Shown one piece after another: positions 46,326 to 56,205 of a DNA stretch of 64,000 bases; positions within the stretch are counted from its first letter, which is position 1; the number at the start of each line of letters is the position of its first letter. The notes beneath the pieces were generated by a model, which searched no databases, had not been told where the DNA came from, and worked only from the letters and a program-made list of their open reading frames with translations. Location of the stretch: the NCBI GenBank assembly GCA_010015805.1, contig ML978131.1, positions 930,001-994,000 of the forward strand, read 5' to 3'. Both the position numbers and the translations under genes were made by a program. This DNA comes from Rhizodiscina lignyota. Its lineage: Eukaryota.

Positions 46326-47108
46326 TCAGATCCATCCTGCATCAACCCTAATGCTCTGACTCGTGACAGCAGAGCTGTCATCTGCAGCTAACCACAACGC
46401 CATTCTTGCTACATCGTCTGGCTGCAACATTCGTTTCACCGCCTGCCCCTTCAGGATATCTGCTTCGATCTCAGGTGTGTATATCTCTCGCTTCTGTTTC
46501 TCAGTCGCAATGGCGCCGGGCATGATACTATTGACTCTAATTCCCTTTGGTCCAAACTCTTCTGCCAGCGCTTTCGTCAACCCTACGATTCCGGATTTAC
46601 TCGAGACATAAGTAATGAGGCTAGGAACAGCAACCTCCCAGGAAATGCTCCCCATGTTGATCACAGAGGCAGACCCTCCAGTAAGCAATCCTGGCATTAG
46701 AGCCTGTGTGAGAAAGAAGACGTGTCGCAGATTCACTGCAATTCCTTGATCCCATTGTTCCTGAGTGACTTCCAACGTTGGTTGTCGAACATCATTGGCG
46801 GCATTGTTAACCAAGACATCAATACTAGGAGAGCTCTCTAGAATTTTGGCTGCTACTGGCTTCAATTCGTCGTCGATTTTCGTTACGTCGCATTGATGGT
46901 AGACAGGAGGATGTACCACGTTGCGGTCGCGTAGCTTTTGTATGAGCTCGGACGCAGCCTCAGAGAGAATGTCCAGTATCACCACTTTTGCACCTTGCGT
47001 TGCAAAGGCTTCTACCATCGAAGCTCCAATCCCAGTGGCTCCGCCGGAAATGACCACGATTCGACCGAAAAGGCTCGGATAAGTGGCATACTGTCCTTGA
47101 GCTGGCAT
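46326..47108 (-). CDS. Aldose 1-dehydrogenase-like SDR (Caulobacter XylB-like), intronless
   Basis: ATYPSL.GR.VVISGGATGIG, DVLVNNAAND.R, WD..IAVNLRH.FF.TQA, VINMGSISW, YVSSK, TEKQ...YTPE.EA.I...Q and VDAGW are colinear with the recalled XylB D-xylose dehydrogenase sequence. Confidence 0.85.
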   Translation of the reverse strand: MPAQGQYATYPSLFGRIVVISGGATGIGASMVEAFATQGAKVVILDILSEAASELIQKLRDRNVVHPPVYHQCDVTKIDDELKPVAAKILESSPSIDVLVNNAANDVRQPTLEVTQEQWDQGIAVNLRHVFFLTQALMPGLLTGGSASVINMGSISWEVAVPSLITYVSSKSGIVGLTKALAEEFGPKGIRVNSIMPGAIATEKQKREIYTPEIEADILKGQAVKRMLQPDDVARMALWLAADDSSAVTSQSIRVDAGWI

Positions 47109-47450
47109 TTTCTGGGAGACTTTGGCCGTCTATGACAGCATTATCGGCTTTGAAATACAGGACATAAATTGAAGATTCTCGACATACCAATAAGCCCCGC
47201 AGCCGTTGGGTTAATTATTGTGTTTCTCTTCACGGCTCTGTTGGCAACTTTGTCATGTAGATATACCCAAAGTGGCTTAGCGACGACAACAGTTCTGCAA
47301 GGTGTCGGCCCGAGTTGAACGGCTCGAGGATCGTCTGTATTTTCGCGTCTTCTCCATATTTATTCTGTCACATGTTCCGGGAAAATTCCCTTGATGTGTG
47401 AACACCTCGTCAGCTATTGAACTATCCAATTACCCTACAGGACGCACAAT

Positions 47451-48506
47451 ATGGCGGATCAGACAACCTCCGCAGCTCCAAAGCCTTACAAGGGCAAGCT
47501 TGGAATTGTGACAGGGGGGTCACGGGGTCAGTCCGACTGAGATATATCGAGGTACGATGTTCATTGTGTGCCTTCTGATGCGTTTCAACAGGAATTGGAG
47601 CAGCCGTTGCACGAAGGCTAGCCGCAAAGGGCTGCGCGCTTCTCCTCGTCTACACATCGGAATCTTCGAAGCCGTTGGTTCACCAGCTCTGCAGCGAGCT
47701 GCTATCTTCGCACAAGATCCCCTGTTCATACGTTCAGGCCGACCTGTTGCATTCGGAAGAAGCGGCGGCGCAAATCATTGAAGCAGCAAAGCATTTCTTC
47801 GCGTCTTACAACCCAAATGGCCAATTTCAAGTCGATATTCTGATCAACAATGCCGGAGTATCCTCAAACCAGCATTTGAATGATCCCAAACGTGGCCCGA
47901 TCAATGCTGCAGAATTCAACAGAGTGTATGAGGTGAACGTGCTAGCACCTTTGCTTCTGACGCAGGCGGTTGCACCATTCCTGCCAAAGGATCGCTCGGG
48001 TCGGATCGTGAATGTATCGAGCGTTTCTTCATCCATCGGGTACCAGGGCCAATCAGTATATGCGGGCAGCAAGGCAGCCATCGAATCAATGACGGTAGGC
48101 TCTCTTATATTATACACAGATACCCCAGACCTTTGCTAATTTGCTCTGCGTAAAGCGCTGCTGGAGTAGAGAGTTGAGCTCCCAGGCAACAGTGAATGCG
48201 GTGAACCCTGGCCCGGCATGGGGCGACATGTATGCAGAAGCTGGCCAAACGTTTTGGGATATCAATCAGCCATATGTTGATGCGGCTCCTCTCGCAGACT
48301 ATCATGGAGAACCTGAGGTGAAGGAAATGGCAGGCGAGGACTTCGAGAGATTCGACAAGACTGTAAGAGAAAATATGGGCGGGCAGAGGCCAGGATTCAC
48401 TCATGAGATAGCTGGAACAATTGACATGCTTTGCTCAGAGGAAAGTGGTTGGACCACAGGTAGTGTTATCTGTGCAAATGGGGGCATGAAGATGTCAATT
48501 GCATAG
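47451..48506 (+). CDS. Short-chain dehydrogenase/reductase (FabG-like), 3 exons
   Basis: KGKLGIVTGGSRG|IGAA, DILINNAGV, GRIVNVSS, YAGSK, VNAVNPGP, WTTGSVICANGG. Confidence 0.9.
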
Positions 48507-48908
48507 AGATTCATTACTATGAGAGGAGCCTGTTGAATCTCCTTAGCTGTACGTGTGTATGAGAAACCTCGAGATTCGAATTCTGTGTACAGATTGGTCA
48601 TATCGCTTACCATTGCATCCAAGGCGTAACTTTTCAAGGATCTCTGATACGGAGGTTGTCAAACCAATAATAGAGGAAGAAAAGATGGAGTGCCCCCCGC
48701 ACGGAATCCGCTACGACACACACCACGACATAGCTCTTGCACTGTTTCTTTTTCATTGCACATAAACTTCAAGAAGATTCCACGTTCAAAAAGATCACAT
48801 ATATTCCGTATTCATTAAGTAAATAAATCAATAGTGTGGATTAAACGTGTCCGGCATCGCATTCCTCGAAACAAGACATTCAACATTGACGCAGCTGTTC
48901 ATTCGAAG

Positions 48909-50028
48909 ATGTCTATAGAACGAAAGGGATTGAGCGGGTATAGCGGCAAAGTTAACATTTTGAATACTGGGGCAGCCATACCAGCAATTGGCTTAGGGAC
49001 ATTTCAAGATCCCGACGAGCAAGAGATGTCGGTCTATACAGCTTTGAAACTTGGGTACAGGCACATCGATACAGCCCACAAGTGCGTCTCCTTGAAATTA
49101 ACAGCAATATGGCGTCAGCATGAGACACTGATTTGCTCTAAACATAGCTATGGCACTGAGCAGCAAGTTGGCAGAGGGATCAAGCGTAGCGGCATACCAC
49201 GAGAGCAAATATTCTTAACGACGAAGCTCTGGTGTAACGCTCACCACCCGGATGATGTTGAACCAGCATTGGATGCATCTTTGAGAGACTTGGATACTGA
49301 TTATGTCGATTTGTATCTTATGCACTACCCATGCGCATTCAAGCGTGGAGATAATTTCCTTCCCTTCGATTCCAATGGAAGGATGATCACCGACACTACA
49401 CCATTCATCGAGACCTGGAAAGCAATGGAGAAGCTGTTGGAGACCGGGAAGACCAGGGCTATTGGCGTCTCAAACTTTAGCCAAATTGAAATTGATAAGA
49501 TACTGAATGAAGGCAATGTGGTAATCTCCCATTCCATCATGAATCTGCCCGAAACTAGGCATTGACTCTGCTCGTTCTTCTCCATAGGTACCAGCCGCTC
49601 ACCAAATGGAGCTACACCCGTACTTGCAGCAAAGGGATTTTGTCAATTGGCATAAGTTGAAAGGAATCCACCTCATCCAATTCAGTCCTTGCGGTAATCT
49701 CAACGACTTTTACCGAGAGGTCTCTTGGGGGAAGGAAATTGCCAAGATGGCGCGTCTGGTCGACCACTCGACTTTGTTGGAGACAGCAAAGAGACACCAG
49801 AAATCTCCAATCCAAGTTGCATTGGCATGGGGTGTTGCTAATGGCCGCTCGGTTATCCCGAAGAGCACCATCGAGTGGCAGATCAAACAGAATCTGGAGG
49901 CTGATTTCGAATTGAGCGATGAGGATATGGATGCGATTGCGAGCATGGATAAGAAAGCTCGGTTTAACGATCCCAGTGCGGACTTTGGTTATAAGCTATA
50001 CGTCGGCTTGGAAGGCGCGGCTCTTTGA
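48909..50028 (+). CDS. Aldo-keto reductase, 3 exons
   Basis: LNTGAAIPAIGLGT, GYRHIDTA, YGTE, TTKLW, DLYLMHYP, IGVSNF, QMELHPY, SVIPKS. Confidence 0.93.
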
Positions 50029-50056
50029 GTATCAGTGTCAGATTGCATTGAGTGCT

Positions 50057-51725
50057 TCATATTTCATCAATGTATTTCCTCGTTATGTTTCTAGTGCCGC
50101 TTTCCGTTCCTTCCGTCCAGGCTACGGTCCAGTTCGTTCCCGGACATACAAGCTGCGCAATCTCTCTCCAGACCCGCCAGTGTTGCACAAAGAGCGGATG
50201 GGTATCTGGGTGCGTTTTCTTGATCTGTGAGTCTGCATCAGTGCCAGCTTCGACGCATTCGGATGAGTTGACCAACCTCCTCGACCTTTGCCGACCATGG
50301 TTTCCCGCCGAATGTGAAATGTAGAGCGTACGAAACACGATGGAGATCATACAGCGGTGCGTCTAGTTCTTTTTTGTTTATCTCCTCTTTCTTCGGTTGC
50401 TCAGGAGGCTGCTGCATGTCAGGTTGTTCTGTGGCTTCGTGATGTTCCTGTTCGCTTGCAATCTCTGATCCATCCTTTTTCTCGTCTTTAGCTTTGTCCT
50501 GTTTCTCATACTGCTCGCTGTTGCCATTTTCAATTTGATTACTCTCTCCCGGCCTGGGTTCATCTACAACACCATCTTGTGGTCCATCTCCTCGTGGCTC
50601 AGAAGGCATCTGTGTGCCCGACACATCGTTTTTCTCCGGTTGGTTCGCAGATGCGTCCGACTCTGTCTGACGCTTGAAAATTGTCCTTTCAGCTGAGTTT
50701 TCCTGGTCCTCTTCTGTTTCTGCGTCGGTCTTCCATTTCTTGATAGCAAATTCCAGATTGGCAAGCTTCCGCAATTCTTTTGCATCTTGTTTCACGAAGC
50801 CAGTCTTCCCAGTTGTACGGCCTATCTCCTCCATGACTTTAATTTCCTCAGGTCGAAACCAGTCTGGCACCGTCCACTCTGCCCAATGACTATTGAGCGC
50901 CGCATAGCTGCCAGGCAGCACCACTACCGTCTTCCCAAGGACTTTGTTTACAATGTCCATGTCGTATACGTCCTTCTTGACTTTCTCGAGGCTCTCTTTG
51001 ATCTGAGCCCATAGGCGATCGCTTGGGCAGATAAGGAGGAACGTTGAAGCGACTGCATCTTTACCAACCCAGTAAGCGCGAGGCGCAGCTAGGTCCACTG
51101 GTGGCAGCTCAAAGATGTGATCGAGGTTTCGGAGGATTAGTTGATCGGCCTCAAGGGAAAGAAGACGCTTGACGGTCGGATCGATCTGGTGCATTCTGAA
51201 GGAGAGGAGCTTTAATAGGCAACCATCGTAATATAAATTACTCCCTTCTGCGATTTTGGGAGGCTCTTCCGTAATGATTGTAGCATTGAATTTGCGGAAA
51301 GCTTGGAGAAACCTTTCCGAAATAACCGGGGTGACAAGAACGAAGACTCGGTGTCGTGTTCGAAAAACGTTTACGAGGCGGTCGATGTTGACGAGTACAG
51401 CGCAGGCGTAATCGTCTTGCGTAGCATAGAAGACGAATGCATACGGAGAAGGTTCTTGCGGTATCGGCTTCGGGCGGTGCTCCGTGACACTCGCAGAGGT
51501 ATGATTTCCTGATTCGGTGCTGTTGGATGAGCATAACGCGACTTGCTCTTTGTCCTGACCAATTGACAAATAGTCCGGGAAAATCCAAGATGATGTCCAA
51601 TTTCCGCGTGGAATATGTGCCCACCCATGCAAGTTGGGGCGGACATTCGTGACGCGGATGACAAACGACAAGCACAAGAATAATAGTAGAACCACTCCAA
51701 CGCCACGGAAAGATCGAACCAGCAT
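50057..51725 (-). CDS. Glycosyltransferase family 8, GNT1-like N-acetylglucosaminyltransferase, type II membrane, 2 exons
   Basis: TM anchor, YAFVFYATQDDYAC, LLKLLSF, LEADQLILRNLDHIFELP, APRAYW, YDMDIVN, HFT..GKPW; an intron after VEE joins HPLF..WR..A..VCP, ending at 50057. Confidence 0.85.
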
Positions 51726-53396
51726 TGCGAATAGAGATTGAATAAGATGCGAGATAATTTGAGAAGAGATAGAGCGCACTATGTAAGTGTAGAAGAAAGG
51801 GATGACGCGGGGAATGGAAGGAGAGCTCCTGTGGAATTCGCCATCATACCAGTCTGTCAAATCGAGCGAAATATGCTTCTATGACGAAAAATGAGAGTTC
51901 AATGATTGCAACTGAGTCTTCGCACAATTCTACTCCGTAAGCTTGTCTGGTTTCATTGGCGCTTTGGCACCGCCACGGTATACGTGGTTGGATGATGCTG
52001 TTCACCGTCCTGATGCTCTGCGGGGTGGAGCTCAATCCGGTGACAGATAAGGCGCGTAAGTCTCATTAAATTTTAGTTTGAGGCATATGTTATACTTGGA
52101 GGTCGTAGTCGGAAGTGAATTGCTTGCGGAAGAGCTATCCGGACCTTTTCGTGTCTATTTTTAGAACTCGGTGATTTCCTTCCTTCCTTTTTCCCAAGCC
52201 GTCAGCGAACTTCACTTCTCAACTCTATTCTTCTAAATAACCATAAGATCTAAACTGGACACGATATTTAGTCACTGAAAGAGACTTTCAGCAGCTTTAG
52301 TTGTACAAACCTTCTCACTATGACTGTCTCATTACGCAAACTCTCCTTCTCCATAAAGGTTCTCCCTTATCCGCTACGGTCCATCTTCTTCTGATTTGTT
52401 CATTGATACCGAACTTTGGGGTTGTACTTTGCTATATTCTCTCAGGATGGCTTTCTTATCTCACATGGGGTTCATTTTCGCTTAAGCTCACAAACAGTAT
52501 GGCGACGTGACAGCACAGCTGTTTGCCTTCATACCCGCCCCGCCACATCGGCTCACGAAACGCGTATGTACCTTGAGGTGCTGCTTGAAGACACACAATT
52601 GCTGCCGTCATTTATTTGGATGCTTTCTCTACTCATCACCGGTTTAGACGGAATGAGACACCGCACAGTCTTCGCCAACTCAAGCGGGAGGCTCGATCCG
52701 CTGCATGGTTTTCATCGGGCCGCCATTTGATCATGGCAGTGACTGCAGAGCACGCAAAGTTTAGGTGGTAGCAAAAACTTTTGTGTTTGATCAAACTACT
52801 CCCCGTGAGATATCCTTGGTACCCTGGGCACTGTACGCAGGATCACGTATCCAACTCTGTGCTATCTCTTGGTGCAAATAAGGTGAAGATGGCCCATTGC
52901 AGTACTAAATATGGGGTCGATTTAACCTTAAACTCAGATGATCGTTCCGGCTGCACTGGCCGTCGTACAAGGAGCACGGATATTGGGAAAGTCTACGACT
53001 GAGTCAACACATCCTTTCCGCTCCATTATCTGCTCACATCAATTCTATTACAATTGCTGTTTTCGGCTCCCGGTCAATAGCATCAGCAATCTCATCGGCA
53101 TAAGAATTTGTACCGGTGGCAGTGCAGGCAATCCACGCCGATGGACAATTACTGCCACCCTTGCCACGACATACTCCAAGGGGGGCTGCTCAGATATATA
53201 TATGCAAATCATCTCAGAGGCTAATGCGTATCTACTGACCAAGAGTTTGTCATCGTCATTCCTTAGATTTCCAGAGCTCTTTCTGTCCAACTTTGGTTTT
53301 CTTGCACACGATATCGATCAGTCTGGTTTAACAAGCTTTGCATGCCGTTTCGATCCTCCACGTTTACCAAGAGAAGATACCTAGTTTCATCAAAGC

Positions 53397-53723
53397 ATGT
53401 GTCAAGTTTGCTACCCGCACTACACTGGCTGCGGCCACACGATGCGAAATGAAATGTATGAAGGCCGACAATGCCGCCGCGTTTTCAACCAGCTCATGCG
53501 GATTTACGATGATCCTTATGGCCCTTTCATCCCTTTCGGAGTGTCGAAAAGTCCGTGCATAACGCGTCGCTCTTACGTTACAATGGACGGCCGATGTTCG
53601 AATTGTGATCCCAGAGCGGATCTAATGCACCTTGGTTATAGCCCAAGCAATGCGCAAGGAATGTATCCGCCGGGGATGGAGTTTCGACATGGTCAGAGAC
53701 GGTCGGGATGGAGGAGGGGTTGA
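53397..53723 (+). CDS. Small Cys-rich fungal protein (MC..Y..CGH type, putative Zn-binding)
   Basis: MCQVCYPHYTGCGH...C...C...CSNC pattern common to small Pezizomycotina proteins. Confidence 0.55.
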   Translation: MCQVCYPHYTGCGHTMRNEMYEGRQCRRVFNQLMRIYDDPYGPFIPFGVSKSPCITRRSYVTMDGRCSNCDPRADLMHLGYSPSNAQGMYPPGMEFRHGQRRSGWRRG

Positions 53724-54022
53724 GACACATTTCAACGTTAATTACTATGTTGAGTAATGAGTTCTTTAACGGCCACGCGAGACTCTGGCAACCAGTCTTA
53801 CCACGAGAAAATGTAAAGTCAGAGTCCAAGACCAATCGGATTGCCTCCGATGCTTCTCGATGACATCGTCGTTGCTTGTATAATTTTTCATGATGGGAAT
53901 TAGAGACTTACAGCTGTTTCTTAATCACTGATACCATTTCATCACATCAATTCCATCAAAACTTCCTTTCATTCTCCAAAGTTATCATTCCATCAATAAA
54001 AGTGTGACCAACGCGTATCAGC

Positions 54023-55267
54023 ATGGCGACCATAGCCGCTGAAGGATTAGATTTGACTCCAAAGGAACAAATAATCTTGGAGCATCGGCTGTGGGCAATG
54101 GACCCCGAGGGATATCCGCTAAGACACCACGAGGAGAACAGAAGACAACTTGAGTACGTGCTTAGCCAAAACGCATGTGCGCTTTCACAGTCTATCGAGT
54201 CTCCCGATCCGTCCAACGCTATCTATGGACTGAAGGATCTTATTCTGGAAATGTTTGCTGACGCAGACTTCGACTTCGAACCGGCCAGTGGCTCCGAACC
54301 GGCGAGATGGGAGGAGCTGCTAGAGTACGTAATAAATGTCGCGACGGTCAGCGAGAAAACTGGTAAAGAGGTGGAGGCATTCGAGCTGATATGGGCGGTC
54401 AAAATTTATATGCTTCCGAAGCATTTTCTGCAGAACTGGGAGTGCGACTTTGATGACATTGTACTGCACCTTGCTCGGAAGGCTCGGGAGAAGTTGGGAG
54501 AGAAAATGGACTTCGCCGAGCTTCTCAGGGACCTCGAGACGTTCGGCCTCACTGCAGAACACTACAAAGACATGACTATGATGGATCTAATGATCTATCA
54601 GCATCCTATTCTCTGCCAGACGTATCAGGGATGCGAGCAACGTTACGCGAGAATCTACGCATTCTTCCAAGAATGTCTCAACATTGACATCGTTAAAGCG
54701 TTACTATTTTCGCTTGACACGAGGCTTCCTTCCGAATTGGTCGACATGGTGCTTGATTTCGCAAATTTGAAGACGATCCCACTTCAGCCAAGCGATGGCG
54801 TTGTTCGGCAAGATCTTTCAAGTATTCTCGCAGCTATGGAGGATGAAGAACGGGGAACATTTAGCAGAGACCAAGCGGAAGAGATCGCTCGTTGTTGTGA
54901 AATCCTTCCGTGGTATCTCCAGTGCTCTGAGAGGCAGAAAAGGGAGGTGTTGCATGATAGATTCCGTGCACCGCTGCCAACACGCGACAACGATGAGGGT
55001 GTTCTTGAGGTGGACGAGGATGCGGTTGCGCTGCCAATGTATAGTCGAGTTGCTACAGGGAGAGATCCTCAAGATTTCGTGGAAGCGGCGAAGATATTTG
55101 TGACATGGTGGAATGCTGACTGGGCGATGGTCAAACATCTGAATTTTGGGTTGAAGTTTGTTATATTCTGTGAAGATATACCTTACAATTTCCCGTGGGC
55201 AGAGTCTTATTACGCTGGGCCATATGAAATACGGTTTTACAAGCGCGAGGGCATGTTTAAAGGGTAA
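54023..55267 (+). CDS. Hypothetical protein (414 aa), intronless
   Basis: Long ATG ORF, acidic and helical, with an internal F-box-like RLPSELVDMV segment. Confidence 0.75.
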   Translation: MATIAAEGLDLTPKEQIILEHRLWAMDPEGYPLRHHEENRRQLEYVLSQNACALSQSIESPDPSNAIYGLKDLILEMFADADFDFEPASGSEPARWEELLEYVINVATVSEKTGKEVEAFELIWAVKIYMLPKHFLQNWECDFDDIVLHLARKAREKLGEKMDFAELLRDLETFGLTAEHYKDMTMMDLMIYQHPILCQTYQGCEQRYARIYAFFQECLNIDIVKALLFSLDTRLPSELVDMVLDFANLKTIPLQPSDGVVRQDLSSILAAMEDEERGTFSRDQAEEIARCCEILPWYLQCSERQKREVLHDRFRAPLPTRDNDEGVLEVDEDAVALPMYSRVATGRDPQDFVEAAKIFVTWWNADWAMVKHLNFGLKFVIFCEDIPYNFPWAESYYAGPYEIRFYKREGMFKG

Positions 55268-55412
55268 ACGAACAGGCATGGTGTACTTGAACTCTCTTCC
55301 TCAAAGTTTGATATTGTTGTTCTGTCTTGGCATACGATACCCGGTGTTATGTACAGATTGCAGAAGATACGTTTATATACAAAAGTTAATTTAGCAGCTA
55401 ACGGATCGAAAA

Positions 55413-55557
55413 GGCAGTATGGCTCAAGGGGTTAGCCCCGACTTCACCTGAGCTGTACTTGCTCCTCCTGCACACCTCCAACCAACCGGCTGGGGCTGTC
55501 AGGTCTGGGGAATAGGTTCGACTCCCGCGGGGATAGGACCTATTCTTTTGCATTTTT
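55413..55557 (+). ncRNA. tRNA-like / Pol III-type element (pseudo-tRNA or tRNA-derived RNA) with TCA at the anticodon position
   Basis: A-box TGGCTCAAGGGG (55420-55431), CT-TCA (TCA at 55444-55446), B-box GGTTCGACTCC (55515-55525), T-runs at 55546-55557; the acceptor stem does not pair. Confidence 0.5.
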
Positions 55558-55707
55558 ATTTTACCTTTTTTTTCTTCTATTAGTCCTCTATTTGCTGGAC
55601 ATATTATAAGCGTCATAAATAAATAAATATTTTTTTGAAGGGAAGAATTACCGAGAGCCTGTACTCTAATTGCGTGTTGTAGAAAAGTACTGGACGGGCT
55701 CTACTAT

Positions 55708-55717
55708 ATCACGTGAC
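55708..55717. promoter_or_regulatory. Cbf1-type E-box (ATCACGTGAC) in the RPS21 promoter
   Basis: RTCACGTG consensus about 140 nt upstream of the ATG; Cbf1 sites are known at fungal ribosomal-protein promoters (e.g. Candida albicans). Confidence 0.5.
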
Positions 55718-55856
55718 GCACAAAAATCTCGCCAAGCCCGAATTGCAAGGGTGATTTTGATGCATTGAAGAACTTCACACCCCGACGTCGCAAACATACG
55801 CCAATTCCATAACCCGACCTCATCTACGCTACAGCTCCTCTTAAACCTTGTTCATC

Positions 55857-56205
55857 ATGGAAAACGAACGCGGCGAACTCGTAGACCTGTGAGCACCTCC
55901 ATTCTTAGTCTTCCGCGCAACTGTATCAATTTTGAACATCACGCCTCGTTCTTGAACTGACACTTGTGCTCAACAGCTACGTCCCTCGCAAATGCTCTGC
56001 TACCAACCGCATCATCAAGGCCAAAGACCACGCTTCCGTCCAGATCTCCATCGGCAAGGTTGATGAGAATGGCCGCTACACGGGCGAGAACCACACATTT
56101 GCGCTCTGCGGCTTCGTGAGGGCGATGGGTGAGAGCGACGACTCGATGAACAGGCTGGCACAGAGGGATGGCTTCCTGAAGGGTGTTTGGAGCGCGAGCA
56201 GATAA
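55857..56205 (+). CDS. RPS21: 40S ribosomal protein S21 (eS21), 2 exons
   Basis: [34 protein letters not shown]...[15 protein letters not shown]; intron 55889-55976. Confidence 0.98.

Noticed and set aside
41736..50028. Canonical fungal L-rhamnose (LRA) cluster, or a complete Weimberg/Dahms pathway
   Set aside because: There is no enolase- or IlvD-family dehydratase, and the lactonase and aldolase families differ from LraB/LkaA.
52301..53384. Short ORFs upstream of the small Cys-rich gene
   Set aside because: Non-ATG starts or no recognisable protein features; probably promoter/UTR.
55413..55545. Functional tRNA-Sec or opal suppressor tRNA
   Set aside because: The acceptor and canonical T stems do not pair and there is no long Sec variable arm; kept only as a tRNA-like element.
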